A stretch of DNA of 43,701 nucleotides from an uncultured Ignavibacteriales bacterium (GCA_964464605.1 CAYXJN010000006.1:275981-319681), one strand, 5' to 3'. Positions 18,567-29,443 are shown, numbered from the stretch's first letter. The notes: generated by a model not told the origin, from the letters alone. Translations and numbers: made by a program.

Positions 18567-19666
18567 TAGAATATCTTGCCGCGTTTCTTATTCTGTTGGT
18601 CGCTGCGCTGTTGGTCTACATGTTCTATGAGCGGTTGTACCGTCAGGAGACCAAAGAGGGCTCCACGCTGTATTCAGAAGCGCTTGCGGATCTTTTAAAC
18701 GGACGGATGGAAAAAGCATTCTCGAAGCTTCGTCAGGTCGTTTCGGAAGATTCCGCCAATGTCGATGCCTATTTGCGCCTCGGTCAAATTCTGCGTGAAT
18801 ACCGCCAGCCGGAGCGCGCGTTGCAGATTCATCGTGATCTGACCCTTCGTGCCGGACTGAACGCCGATCAAAAAGCCTCGATTTTAGAACAACTCGCCAG
18901 CGATTACTTAGTCATGAACAATCATGACATGGCGGAAGCGGCCTTGAAAGAACTGCGTGTACTCGAACCACGCAACCGATGGGCGGCCGACACGCTGTTG
19001 ACCTTGTTGCAGCGACAAAAAAAATGGGAAGAAGCGCTTGAGATGGCCTCTGCTGTTATCAAACAGGAAGGCAGCAAATCGAAAAAGCCGCTTGCCGTGT
19101 TCAAATATCAAATGGGTGATGATCTCTACAAAAAACGTGATTACCATAAAGCGAGAGTGCTGTTCAAAGAAGCGATTGGATTTGATTCGCAGTATGTCGA
19201 AGCGTATCTCGCGGTCGGGGATTCCTACCATGATGAACGCCGCTACGAGGATGCGGTCGGATTCTGGAGCAAGCTGATTGAAGCGGTCCCGTCTCAGGGG
19301 CATATCGTTATCGGCCGTTTGAAAACGACGCTTTTCGAACTCGGTCGCTACGGCGATCTTGTGGGAATCTGCGAGCAGATAATCCAGCACGCGCCGGAAA
19401 ATGTCGATGCCCGTTTAACCCTTGCCGACATCCACGCTAAAAAAGGGGATTTGTCGCAAGCCGCCGAAATTTTGTCCCGTGTGGTCGATGAACACCCGGA
19501 ACATCAGCGGGCGATGGTGCAGCTTATCCGGTTGTATTTAGAAAAAGGGGACCGCCATCGTTTGGACTCACTCTTCCGTACGCTTGAACGAAGCTGGGAA
19601 AAAGCGAGCAAAGCAAAACCGGAACCGGCCAAATCCGACTCTGTCCCGGTCAGTAGTCTGGCCTAA
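18563..19666 (+). CDS. lapB: LapB/YciM-like membrane-anchored TPR protein lacking the rubredoxin domain
   Basis: N-terminal TM; AYLRLGQILR...ERALQIHRDL and QLASDY match LapB TPRs; no CxxC pairs. Confidence 0.75.
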   Translation: MIEYLAAFLILLVAALLVYMFYERLYRQETKEGSTLYSEALADLLNGRMEKAFSKLRQVVSEDSANVDAYLRLGQILREYRQPERALQIHRDLTLRAGLNADQKASILEQLASDYLVMNNHDMAEAALKELRVLEPRNRWAADTLLTLLQRQKKWEEALEMASAVIKQEGSKSKKPLAVFKYQMGDDLYKKRDYHKARVLFKEAIGFDSQYVEAYLAVGDSYHDERRYEDAVGFWSKLIEAVPSQGHIVIGRLKTTLFELGRYGDLVGICEQIIQHAPENVDARLTLADIHAKKGDLSQAAEILSRVVDEHPEHQRAMVQLIRLYLEKGDRHRLDSLFRTLERSWEKASKAKPEPAKSDSVPVSSLA

Positions 19667-19674
19667 TCCCGTAC

Positions 19675-19704
19675 TTGCCGTCCTGCGCCCCCGCGCACTA
19701 TCTT
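19675..19704 (+). promoter_or_regulatory. Candidate sigma70 promoter (near-leaderless) for the SPOR-mutS-mutL-miaA operon
   Basis: TTGCCG-N18-TATCTT, 8 nt before ATG 19713. Confidence 0.4.
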
Positions 19705-19712
19705 CACGGTAT

Positions 19713-20744
19713 ATGATTCAAACAATTACCAAACAGGTCATTTTCTCATTCTGTATTCTCGTTACCGTTTCGGTGTCTGTGTTCGCTGACACCTTTTGCG
19801 ACATGCTATTGGCGGGAAAGATAGCGGAAGCCAAAAAGCAGTTTCAGGAACGGATGGAAGACCCGGCCATGGCCAAACTCTATCTGGGATTGGGCAATCC
19901 GGATGCCGCAAAGAGCATCGGCAGCTTTGAGCAGATACAAAATCCGGGGCCAGTCGAGAAATTGTGTCCAAATGTGATATACAATCGCCTCGCTGGATAT
20001 ACCTTTCTGACAGGGGCGTTAAAAAATTGGCATGACCAGGGTACCTTAGTTCCCGTTACGTGGGAAAAGGGAGCTTATTCGTACTACGATGCATTTACAA
20101 AACGTCTGCTTTTGGTATCGGGTCAGCAAATGGAGCGGGTGCGAGAGGGGAAATCGCCAACGATAAAAGAGTACGATGCCATAGCCAAAGAAGTCGGCAA
20201 AGAGGATTCCCTTTGGCTGATGCTCGACAAAGCGCAGATGTTACTTGATGCAAAAAAAGAGAAGGATGCGGCAAAAATCCTGAAAGCGATTTCTAATCGT
20301 GATGACGGTGAACAGGTACCGGCTGCATTGTATATCCAAATTAGAACCGCCTTTCAGAACAAGAAAAGTGATGAAGCGTTACGGTTATTGGGCATCATGC
20401 AGGAAGCATATCCATATGCAATCGGTCTTGACGCCTTAAGCGCGACCCTCGTCGGTGATGCGGATGAAACAGGAGAAGAAACAGCCGAACCGGAAGCAGA
20501 GCGGTTAACCAAGACTGTCTATTCCGTACAGATGGGTGTCTTCTCAAGTAAAGCGAACGCGCAGGTGTTAGTGAAAGAGCTTGAATCCTACAAACAGAAA
20601 GTGGAAATCACGCCGCGGCTGATTTCAGGAAAAGAATATTATGTCGTCTATGCCGGAAAGTTCAGCCGCTACGATGATGCCACCGCTTTCAAACAGAGAC
20701 TGGAAACGGCGCGCAAAGAAAGCTATCAGGTAATCGCGCGATGA
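19713..20744 (+). CDS. Exported helical/TPR-like protein with C-terminal SPOR domain
   Basis: Signal peptide after ATG 19713; YSVQMGVFSSKANA...YVVYAGKF SPOR signature. Confidence 0.8.
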   Translation: MIQTITKQVIFSFCILVTVSVSVFADTFCDMLLAGKIAEAKKQFQERMEDPAMAKLYLGLGNPDAAKSIGSFEQIQNPGPVEKLCPNVIYNRLAGYTFLTGALKNWHDQGTLVPVTWEKGAYSYYDAFTKRLLLVSGQQMERVREGKSPTIKEYDAIAKEVGKEDSLWLMLDKAQMLLDAKKEKDAAKILKAISNRDDGEQVPAALYIQIRTAFQNKKSDEALRLLGIMQEAYPYAIGLDALSATLVGDADETGEETAEPEAERLTKTVYSVQMGVFSSKANAQVLVKELESYKQKVEITPRLISGKEYYVVYAGKFSRYDDATAFKQRLETARKESYQVIAR

Positions 20745-23344
20745 CTCAGGCCGCAGTTTCAACGAATGCCACTCCGGCGATGCGTCAGTATTTCGCCGTC
20801 AAAGAAAAACATCCCGATAAAATCATCTTTTTTCGCATGGGGGATTTTTACGAAATGTTCGGCGAGGATGCTGAGAAAGCATCATCCCTTTTAGGCATCG
20901 CACTCACTTCCCGCGCGCACGGGCAAGGAGACAAAATCCCCTTAGCGGGTGTGCCGCACCATCAGGCGGAAAAATATCTCGGACGACTGCTTGAAGCGGG
21001 CGAACGGGTGGTGGTTGTCGAACAGGTCGAAGATCCAAAAACCGCCAAGGGAGTAGTCAAGCGGGAGATAACCGAAATTCTCACTCCCGGCACTGCGCCA
21101 TCGGTACAAAAAGAGACTGATCCGAATCCGCGCTGGCTCGCAGCCTTAATGCCGAATGGTTCCGGAATGGGGATGGCGGCGTTAGATTTGTCGACCGGAC
21201 AGTTTTTAGTCGATGAAGGGGAAGCAAACGCACTGGTCAGCCGCTTGAAATTATTGGAACCGGCAGAAATTCTTATCGACTCAGGCGATGACCGCAAGGG
21301 TGTGATCAAAGAATTCGGATTATCGCAATGGGAAAAACAGTTTACTTCGGTTGACGGCTGGACATTTGAGTTCAATGCCGCACAGGGGGAATTGAATCGG
21401 TTGTTCGGAACCGTCACGCTTGATGGTTTCGGGGTTGGTGATTTAAAGCTCGGTATCGGTGCGGCGGGTGCGATTGTCCGCTACCTGCGCGATACCAATC
21501 GGGACAAACCGGCCCATATCAACCGCGTTATCCGTTTCGACCAGCTCGAATGTATGACCCTCGATTACAGCACAGTGCGAAATTTAGAGTTAGTCAAGGG
21601 GATCGCATCGGGGACATTCGAAGGATCACTCTTAAACGAAATCAATTACTGCGTTACCCAGCCGGGCGTACGAAGACTGCATGCCGCTCTTTTGCGTCCG
21701 TTCCGTACGAAAGTTCGCATCGAACGACGGCTATCCGGTGTTTCCGCGCTCGTGCATGATTCCAAACTGCGTAATCAAACTCGTGAACTGTTAAAAGAGC
21801 TTCCTGACTTGGAACGTTTAGCCGGACGGCTCGGGCTTCGCAAACTTTCCCCCCGCGCAGCAGGGAATATTCGGGATGGGCTTTCGATCGCCCGTAAAAT
21901 AAAAGAGCAGTTGAGCGTATCGACCTCACCGCTTTTATCCGAAATTGCCCGTGCATTGCCGAACTGCGATGAGCTAATAACTAAATTGCAAACCGCCTTA
22001 GCCGAGGACTTACCGCTTGTCGCGAACAAAGGGAATATTTTCAAACGCGGTTTCTCAACCGAACTTGATTCGCTGAATGATTCGATCAAGGATGCCCGTC
22101 AGTACATCGCCTCGCTCCAAGCAACCGAGCGGGAACGCACCGGCATCAACACGCTCAAAGTCGGCTACAATCAGGTTTTCGGCTATTATTTAGAAACCAC
22201 CCGCGCCACCGCTAACATGGTGCCCTCGCATTACATTCGCAAACAAACGCTCGTCAACGCCGAGCGCTATATCACCGGTGAACTGAAAGAAAAAGAGGAT
22301 CTGATTTTAGGAGCAGAAGAAAAAATCTTCGCACTGGAAACCAGGCTCTTTGAAACGCTGGTCAATGAACTCGATAATTGGATTGCCAATATATCACTCA
22401 CCGGCGATTTGCTTGCTGAACTTGATTTAGTTGCCGCATTGGCTGAAGTCGCTACAATCAAAGGATACAAACGGCCGGAACTATACGAGGATGGGCGTTT
22501 GGAAATCAGCGACGGCCGTCACCCGGTCGTCGAATCGGTATTGCCGCCGGGTAGTTTCGTCGCCAATTCGATTACGATTAACGCCGATACCGACCGTATC
22601 CATATTCTCACCGGCCCGAACATGGCCGGTAAATCAACCTATCTCAGGCAAATTGGGCTCATTGTTATTCTCGCACAAATTGGTTCATTCGTACCGGCGA
22701 CGGGAGCATCAGTTGGCATAGTCGACCGTGTCTTCACCCGTGTCGGTGCGAGTGATAATTTGGTCGGGGGGCAGTCGACGTTCTTAGTCGAGATGGTGGA
22801 AGCGGCGAATATTCTGCACAATGCTACCGGCCGTTCGCTGATTCTGCTCGATGAAGTCGGACGGGGAACCTCCACTTACGATGGTCTCTCGGTGGCATGG
22901 GCTGTTGTCGAATATATCAACGAACAGATCAAAGCCCGTACCGTCTTCGCAACCCATTACCATGAACTCACCGGGATGGCAGCACTTGATTCGCACGTGC
23001 ATAATTATCAGGTGACGGTAAAAAAGTGGCAGGATGAGCTAATCTTTTTGCACCAGATCGTTCCCGGCGGATGTGATGATTCCTACGGTATCGAAGCCGC
23101 CCGTTTGGCCGGTCTGCCCAAAGCTGCCATTACCCGTGCGCGTCAGTTGCTGCGGCTTTTGGAAACCGGGAAATTTGTCAAACAGGAACTGAGCCAAAAA
23201 GCGTATCAGGAAAAACATCAGCCGAGCCTCTTTGAGGCACCACCGTCCGTTATCGAAGAGGAATTGCGTAATCTCGATCTCAACAATCTTACACCTGTTG
23301 CCGCGTTGAATCTCTTGGAAAAATGGAAGGCGGAGCTGTCATGA
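20741..23344 (+). CDS. mutS: DNA mismatch repair protein MutS
   Basis: TPAMRQY, GDFYEMF, TGPNMAGKST, STFLVEM, DEVGRGT, FATHYHEL, C-terminal QPSLF clamp motif. Confidence 0.98.
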   Translation: MTQAAVSTNATPAMRQYFAVKEKHPDKIIFFRMGDFYEMFGEDAEKASSLLGIALTSRAHGQGDKIPLAGVPHHQAEKYLGRLLEAGERVVVVEQVEDPKTAKGVVKREITEILTPGTAPSVQKETDPNPRWLAALMPNGSGMGMAALDLSTGQFLVDEGEANALVSRLKLLEPAEILIDSGDDRKGVIKEFGLSQWEKQFTSVDGWTFEFNAAQGELNRLFGTVTLDGFGVGDLKLGIGAAGAIVRYLRDTNRDKPAHINRVIRFDQLECMTLDYSTVRNLELVKGIASGTFEGSLLNEINYCVTQPGVRRLHAALLRPFRTKVRIERRLSGVSALVHDSKLRNQTRELLKELPDLERLAGRLGLRKLSPRAAGNIRDGLSIARKIKEQLSVSTSPLLSEIARALPNCDELITKLQTALAEDLPLVANKGNIFKRGFSTELDSLNDSIKDARQYIASLQATERERTGINTLKVGYNQVFGYYLETTRATANMVPSHYIRKQTLVNAERYITGELKEKEDLILGAEEKIFALETRLFETLVNELDNWIANISLTGDLLAELDLVAALAEVATIKGYKRPELYEDGRLEISDGRHPVVESVLPPGSFVANSITINADTDRIHILTGPNMAGKSTYLRQIGLIVILAQIGSFVPATGASVGIVDRVFTRVGASDNLVGGQSTFLVEMVEAANILHNATGRSLILLDEVGRGTSTYDGLSVAWAVVEYINEQIKARTVFATHYHELTGMAALDSHVHNYQVTVKKWQDELIFLHQIVPGGCDDSYGIEAARLAGLPKAAITRARQLLRLLETGKFVKQELSQKAYQEKHQPSLFEAPPSVIEEELRNLDLNNLTPVAALNLLEKWKAELS

Positions 23345-25191
23345 CCACCGTTGCCGAATCCAAACTGACCAAACGGCATATCCGTCCGCTGCCGAAAGTC
23401 GTGATTAACAAAATCGCCGCCGGGGAAGTGGTCGAACGTCCGTCAGCGGTGGTGAAGGAATTAGTCGAAAACGCCCTTGATGCCGGCGCCGATACGATTG
23501 CGATCGCCATCAAAAAAGGTGGCGCGCAGTTGATTCGCATCGTCGACAACGGATGCGGGATCGATGACGAGCAGATCGAAATCGCTTTCTCCCGACACGC
23601 GACCTCAAAAATAAGCGGCTTTGCCGATCTCGACTCACTGCACACCTATGGTTTCCGCGGGGAAGCGCTCCCGTCGATTGCGTCTGTCTCGCGGATGCGG
23701 ATGGTGTCCCGCACCTGGAACGCGCAGGCCGGAACAGAAATTTTGTATGAGGGTGGAATTCTTGTTTCCAAAAAACCGACCGCCGCGCCCCCCGGCACAA
23801 CGGTCGAAGTCGAAAATCTGTTTTACAACACACCGGCTCGGTTGAAATTTCTGAAAGCGGAAACGACCGAGGCCCGTTTGTTAGCCCGCACCGTTACCGC
23901 GCTTGCTATCGGTAAATATGAAATCGGATTTTCCTTTACGGTTAATGACAAACTGGTCTTTTCCGTTCCGACGGGACAAACTCTCGGTGAGCGAATCGCG
24001 GGAGTGCTTGGTGAAAAGAAAAAATATGTTTCCGTCAGCGGTGATTCCGGTTTTTTGAAAGTGGAAGGGTTTGTCGGTCTGCCGGAAAGCGCTGCCAATA
24101 ACCGGAACGGACAATATCTGTTCATTAACGGCCGCTTTATTCAATCACCGCTCTTGTCCCATGCTTTCGCCGCTGGCTACAAAGAACTGCTGCACCCAGG
24201 ACAATACCCGGTCGGTGCACTGTTATTGACGGTACCGTCTGATGAGGTCGATGTGAACGTTCACCCCGCCAAAACGGAGGTCCGTTTATCCCGTGAGCGG
24301 GAGATCCACGATGCTTTGTATTCTTTTATCAAAGAATCACTTCGTGCAACCGGCGCAACTACCGGATTGCAGGGGATGCGTTTCACGCCATCCGCCGTTC
24401 CCGGTCGCACAGCGACGCCGAATATGAACACCCGGTTGACCTTCACTGCACCGCCTGTACCATCATCCTCAGTTATTCCAGGCGTGACCGGCCCGAAACC
24501 GATCAGCGAATCGCAGATGCGCGCGCTCTTCGCCACAAATCAACCACCAACGATGGAAGTTGTCGATACCACAACCGGTGAAATTGTTTCAACTGATCAA
24601 TCGGAAAATGAGTTATCGCCGACTGATGCGCGATATATCGGCCGCTATTCCGATGTGTACTTACTCATGGAAAAGAATAATGAACTGTTGATTATCGATC
24701 AGCATGCAGCGCATGAACGGATCCGTTACGAAGAAGTCCTCAAATCATTCGAGCAGCATGCCGGAGCAGGGCAGCATCTGTTGTTTCCCGTTACCGTCGA
24801 GCTTTCTCCGGAACAACTCGCGGTGTTTGAGTCGGCATCGGAGTTTTTCACCAAAGCCGGATTCGCTATCGCACCCTTCGGTGGAAGAACAGTGAATATC
24901 GAAACGGTCCCGATCTGGTTGTCGCATCGCTCACCGGAAAAACTGTTGCTTGCGATTCTCGATGATATCATGTCGCTTCGCAAAGAAGGGCATGACCTCA
25001 TCAAGTCGATCGCGCAATCGATGGCCTGTCGTTCCTCGGTGATGGCCGGTGATAAACTCGCCGAGCGCGAAGCACAGGCGCTACTCTATCGATTACTCCA
25101 CTGCGAACAGCCGTTTGCCTGTCCACATGGCCGTCCAACCTTAATCAAACTGACTCGTGCCGATCTTGATCGGCAATTCGGACGTGACTGA
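23341..25191 (+). CDS. mutL: DNA mismatch repair endonuclease MutL
   Basis: IAAGEVVERP, KELVENALDAG, GFRGEAL, VDVNVHP; endonuclease motifs DQHAAHERIRYE, ACR, CPHGRP; ATG overlaps mutS stop. Confidence 0.98.
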   Translation: MTTVAESKLTKRHIRPLPKVVINKIAAGEVVERPSAVVKELVENALDAGADTIAIAIKKGGAQLIRIVDNGCGIDDEQIEIAFSRHATSKISGFADLDSLHTYGFRGEALPSIASVSRMRMVSRTWNAQAGTEILYEGGILVSKKPTAAPPGTTVEVENLFYNTPARLKFLKAETTEARLLARTVTALAIGKYEIGFSFTVNDKLVFSVPTGQTLGERIAGVLGEKKKYVSVSGDSGFLKVEGFVGLPESAANNRNGQYLFINGRFIQSPLLSHAFAAGYKELLHPGQYPVGALLLTVPSDEVDVNVHPAKTEVRLSREREIHDALYSFIKESLRATGATTGLQGMRFTPSAVPGRTATPNMNTRLTFTAPPVPSSSVIPGVTGPKPISESQMRALFATNQPPTMEVVDTTTGEIVSTDQSENELSPTDARYIGRYSDVYLLMEKNNELLIIDQHAAHERIRYEEVLKSFEQHAGAGQHLLFPVTVELSPEQLAVFESASEFFTKAGFAIAPFGGRTVNIETVPIWLSHRSPEKLLLAILDDIMSLRKEGHDLIKSIAQSMACRSSVMAGDKLAEREAQALLYRLLHCEQPFACPHGRPTLIKLTRADLDRQFGRD

Positions 25192-26113
25192 TATTTTCCC
25201 CATCCCGATTCTCTGCGGTCCGACCGGATCGGGGAAATCCTCACTCGCTCATGAACTCGCGAAGCATTACCCGATAGAAATTATCGTCGCCGATTCCCGC
25301 CAGGTAATCCACCATCTTGATATAGGCACCGAAAAACCAACCGAGCAGGAACAACGCGAGGTGCGCTACCATCTGATTGATCTGGTCGAGCCCGGAGAAA
25401 GTTATACCGCATATCGCTTCGTCGAGGATGCTGAGCATGCGATAACCGATATTCTTTCACGTAAAAAGATCCCGATGGTGGTGGGTGGAACCGGGATGTA
25501 TATCCGTTCACTCGTGCGCGGTATCTCGGCAGTGGCAAGTAGTGATGAAATCAGAGAACAAATCGCATCGGAGATCGTAGAAAAAGGGGAAGATGCGGTA
25601 TACCATGAGTTAACAGTGATAGATCCAACAGCAGCCAAACAGATTCATCCGAAAAATCATGTCCGTCTTATTCGCGCATTGGAGATATACAGACTGACCG
25701 GACAACCGAAAACCGTTTGGGAGAAAACCGGACAACAGATTGGGGGGAAGTTCCCATATCATGCAGTCTGTTTCCTGCCTGACCGGGCGGAACTCTATGA
25801 ACGAATTGATGCTCGCACCCGTTACCAACTGGCAAAGGGTTTGCTTGAGGAGGTACGAGGGTTAGTCAAAACAGTGGGGGAGCAGAAGGTCAGAGCGGCC
25901 AACGTTATCTGTTATAACGAATTATTAGACTGTATTAACGGGACCTTGAGCTTGGATGATAGTGTTTCGCTCATACAACAGAATTGCCGCCATTTGGCCA
26001 AACGGCAATACACCTGGTTCAAAAAGGAGCCTGATTTTCAACAGGTTACAGAATTTTCGATTTTACAGGCAGAGCTTACCAAACTGGTAAGCCATTGGCA
26101 GTCAAGGCATTGA
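25184..26113 (+). CDS. miaA: tRNA dimethylallyltransferase
   Basis: GPTGSGKS, DSRQV, DIGTEKP, VGGTGMY, RALE, AKRQYTW; GTG 25184 overlaps mutL end. Confidence 0.96.
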   Translation: MTDIFPIPILCGPTGSGKSSLAHELAKHYPIEIIVADSRQVIHHLDIGTEKPTEQEQREVRYHLIDLVEPGESYTAYRFVEDAEHAITDILSRKKIPMVVGGTGMYIRSLVRGISAVASSDEIREQIASEIVEKGEDAVYHELTVIDPTAAKQIHPKNHVRLIRALEIYRLTGQPKTVWEKTGQQIGGKFPYHAVCFLPDRAELYERIDARTRYQLAKGLLEEVRGLVKTVGEQKVRAANVICYNELLDCINGTLSLDDSVSLIQQNCRHLAKRQYTWFKKEPDFQQVTEFSILQAELTKLVSHWQSRH

Positions 26114-26119
26114 AAAACC

Positions 26120-26149
26120 TTGACTTTGATTTACGGACTTAGGTATTCT
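26120..26149 (+). promoter_or_regulatory. Candidate sigma70 promoter
   Basis: TTGACT-N18-TATTCT upstream of the transglycosylase gene. Confidence 0.5.
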
Positions 26150-26236
26150 CCGAAAAGAGGGTTCGGGATGAAGTCTTAAAAGCCTCATTCCGATAATAAG
26201 TTAGATACAAAAACACTGCGTATAAGGATTTCAGCA

Positions 26237-28501
26237 ATGACCAAACTCGCATACACAAATTTATTCCGGATGTCAGGCGGCGTCCTATTGGTAGCTGCTT
26301 TGACTCTGGGTGCAGGGTGTGGGGGCGGGAAATCTCATACTGATTCGCTGACCGGAGAGGAACAGGCTTCTCAAAAGTCCTCCGGCCAGACAGCGACAGC
26401 TGATGCGTCTTCCGGCAAAACAACCGAGAAAAACACTCCCGTAACTGAAACAGCCGACCAAAAAGAGAAAACCAGAACGTCTCCATTTGACCGTGGCGCC
26501 TTATTTACCGAATTCGACGATTCAGCCTATACCGATTCAGAGGAAGCATGGGATGAATCGGAAATGCCGGAAGACCCGGATGCCGCAACCGCAGTGGACG
26601 ATGATATCTGGCGTCAGTTTGATCTTGCTGAAGAATATCATTCCTTAGGCGTTATCGCTAACCGGGAAGGAAGCTGGGAAGAAGCCCAGTACTATTTCGA
26701 AAAGACGCTTTCTATTTTAGCGGATATGGATATCGAAACCGATTCCGTCTTTACGCCGGAAGCGGTCAAATACACGACTATTCTCAATAACACCATCGCC
26801 GACTACCAGGTCTCACTCCGTTCGTCGGGGCGGTTGTCTGAAGATGTATCATCTTCCGTAATCTTGGATCGCTTTTATGCCTTAAGCGATAAACTAAAAG
26901 GTGACACGATTGTCACCAAAATGGAAGTCGGGGACGGCGGCAAAGAACCGACCTATGATCTCCCGATCGTAATGAATGACCGCGTAAAAAGCTCGATTGT
27001 CTATTTCCAGACAGTCGCGCGCGGCGCGTTCACGCGCTACCTGAGTCGTACCACCAAGTATGGCCCGATGATGAAAAAGATTATTAAAGAATACAAAATG
27101 CCGGAAGACTTAGTCTATTTGTCACTCGTTGAATCCGGCTACAACCCGCACGCCTATTCATGGGCGCGTGCGATGGGACTTTGGCAGTTTATCGCCTCAA
27201 CTGGCCGCTTGTATGACCTTGACCGTGACTGGTGGATGGATGAACGGAAAGACCCGATCAAGTCGACCCACGCCGCCATGCAGTTTTTGCGCGATCTCTA
27301 CACCCAGTTCGGTGACTGGGAGTTAGCGATGGCTGCCTATAACGGCGGTCCCGGTCGTGTCAGCCGCACTATCAAATCACAGAATACCCGTGATTTCTGG
27401 AAGATGCGTCTGCGCAAGCAGACGATGGATTACGTTCCGCTCATCATGGCGGCGACCATTATCTGTAAGAATCCGGAAAAATACGGCTTCACTGATATCG
27501 TCTATGAACCGGAACTGACGTGGGATGAAGTATTGGTCAACAAACCGGTTGAACTTCGCACCGTCGCCGATGCGCTTGGTGTTTCAACCGAAGCGCTCGT
27601 TGAACTGAATCCGGAACTGCTTCGCAAAACGACCCCGCCCGGACAGACCGATTACAAATTGAAAGTCCCGAAAGGGTACAGCGAACAGTTCTATGCTTCG
27701 TACGAAGCGATGGCTGCTTCCACCGCCGCCAGCATGGTTCGCCACCGGATTAAAAAAGGGGAGACGCTGTCTTCGATCGCTGCCAAGTACGGCGTTTCAC
27801 GCTATGCTATTCAGGAAACGAACAAGCTGAAATCGAAATCGTTACTTATCGCCGGACGTGAACTGACTATTCCGGTTCCTTCCAATTACGCCGCGAGTAA
27901 AAACAATGCGACGACCAAGACGCGTGAATACACCGCCAAGAGTTCCGTCTACACCGTTCAGCGCGGTGACAATCTTTGGGCAATTGCCAATGCGTTCGGT
28001 ACCTCGATCGATCAACTGCGCCGTGAAAACTATATGGAAGCCAGCGCCCGTATTTATGTCGGCCAGAAGCTGAAAATTCCGGCTGATGCTTCCAAGTTAG
28101 AAGATAAGAATACGTATGCAGCCACTCCGGCGCCTGCTTCCAAGGATAACAAGCCGAGTGAAGCAAAACAGAAATCGACAACAGCTTCCGCGCCGGCGAC
28201 CCATACGGTTCGTTCCGGTGAAACGCTGTCGACGATCGCCCGCAAGTACGGCACCACTGTTTCCACCCTCAGAAAGTGGAACGATATGGGCAGTTCCAAC
28301 CGTATTCGGGCCGGTCAGGTCCTGCAGGTTCGCGGCGATGCGACCGCCGAGTATGTCGTGCACCAGATCCGGCGCGGCGAAAATCTCTCCACTATCGCCA
28401 AGAAATACAGCACGACCGTTGACAAAATTATTTCTTCGAACAAGATTGCCAATCCGAATGAACTGGTCACCGGACAAAAGTTGACCATCTATCTCGAGTA
28501 G
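26237..28501 (+). CDS. mltD: MltD-like lytic transglycosylase lipoprotein with LysM repeats
   Basis: Lipobox-like LGAGC; SLT motifs VESGYNP, AMGLWQF, AAYNGG; four clear LysM domains plus one degenerate. Confidence 0.9.
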   Translation: MTKLAYTNLFRMSGGVLLVAALTLGAGCGGGKSHTDSLTGEEQASQKSSGQTATADASSGKTTEKNTPVTETADQKEKTRTSPFDRGALFTEFDDSAYTDSEEAWDESEMPEDPDAATAVDDDIWRQFDLAEEYHSLGVIANREGSWEEAQYYFEKTLSILADMDIETDSVFTPEAVKYTTILNNTIADYQVSLRSSGRLSEDVSSSVILDRFYALSDKLKGDTIVTKMEVGDGGKEPTYDLPIVMNDRVKSSIVYFQTVARGAFTRYLSRTTKYGPMMKKIIKEYKMPEDLVYLSLVESGYNPHAYSWARAMGLWQFIASTGRLYDLDRDWWMDERKDPIKSTHAAMQFLRDLYTQFGDWELAMAAYNGGPGRVSRTIKSQNTRDFWKMRLRKQTMDYVPLIMAATIICKNPEKYGFTDIVYEPELTWDEVLVNKPVELRTVADALGVSTEALVELNPELLRKTTPPGQTDYKLKVPKGYSEQFYASYEAMAASTAASMVRHRIKKGETLSSIAAKYGVSRYAIQETNKLKSKSLLIAGRELTIPVPSNYAASKNNATTKTREYTAKSSVYTVQRGDNLWAIANAFGTSIDQLRRENYMEASARIYVGQKLKIPADASKLEDKNTYAATPAPASKDNKPSEAKQKSTTASAPATHTVRSGETLSTIARKYGTTVSTLRKWNDMGSSNRIRAGQVLQVRGDATAEYVVHQIRRGENLSTIAKKYSTTVDKIISSNKIANPNELVTGQKLTIYLE

Positions 28502-28540
28502 TAAACGAAGAGAAACAGTTAGGAAAGGATTCCAACTACC

Positions 28541-29443
28541 GTGGCAGCACGACGGGACATTATCATCGGCGGATTTATCATCTTTATTTTCATCGGTTTT
28601 TTGATCGTTGCTGCGCTCATGTTCAGCGGCTTGGGGTCAACCGACGGCGAAGTCGGCAGTACCTTTACTTCCGGTAACATAGGCTTAGTCGAAGTAGACG
28701 GCGTTCTCAATGAAGAAACCGGCCGTCCCATCATTAAGCTTTTAGATCGCTGGAAGGATAATCACTCCATTAAGGCTATTATTCTGCATGTAAACTCTCC
28801 CGGTGGAGGTGTCGCCATTTCACAGGAAGTTTACGATGCGGTCCTGCGCGCTAAAGAGGAAAAACCGGTAGTTGCCTCACTGGCCTCCGTTGCAGCATCC
28901 GGCGGGTATTATATCTCCTGTGGAGCGGATCGGATCATGGCGAACCCGGGAACAATAACCGGTTCAATCGGAGTCATTTTCCAGTTCCATACGGCAACCG
29001 GCCTGCTTGAAAAAATCGGGGTCGGAACCGAGACAGTGAAATCCGGGGATCTCAAAGATGTCGGAACCTACGCCCGTCCGATGAGTGAGGCGGAAGGGCT
29101 GATGCTTCGTTCGGTCGTTATGGATTCCTATGAACAGTTCGTCGATGTCGTCGCCAACGGCCGCGGCCTTGAAAAAGACCAGGTTTACCCCCTGGCCGAC
29201 GGATCGGTGTTTACCGGGCTGCAGGCCAAAAATCTTGGCCTTGTCGATACCCTGGGCGGCCTCTATGAGGCGGTTTATCTGGCCGCTGAGCTCGCCAAAG
29301 TGGAGGGGGAACCCAAGGTCGTCCGGCCAATTGAAAAGTCTCAAGTCGACGTCTGGGACCTCTTAGGCGGCATAGTCCACCAGTCCGTGACCGGCATCAC
29401 CAATGCATCCTTAGAGCCTCAGCTTCAGTATATCTTCAAGTAA
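28541..29443 (+). CDS. sppA: Signal peptide peptidase A, short (36K) type
   Basis: N-terminal TM, VNSPGG, AASGGYY, TGSIGV, KSGDLKD, GLVDTLG. Confidence 0.93.
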   Translation: MAARRDIIIGGFIIFIFIGFLIVAALMFSGLGSTDGEVGSTFTSGNIGLVEVDGVLNEETGRPIIKLLDRWKDNHSIKAIILHVNSPGGGVAISQEVYDAVLRAKEEKPVVASLASVAASGGYYISCGADRIMANPGTITGSIGVIFQFHTATGLLEKIGVGTETVKSGDLKDVGTYARPMSEAEGLMLRSVVMDSYEQFVDVVANGRGLEKDQVYPLADGSVFTGLQAKNLGLVDTLGGLYEAVYLAAELAKVEGEPKVVRPIEKSQVDVWDLLGGIVHQSVTGITNASLEPQLQYIFK

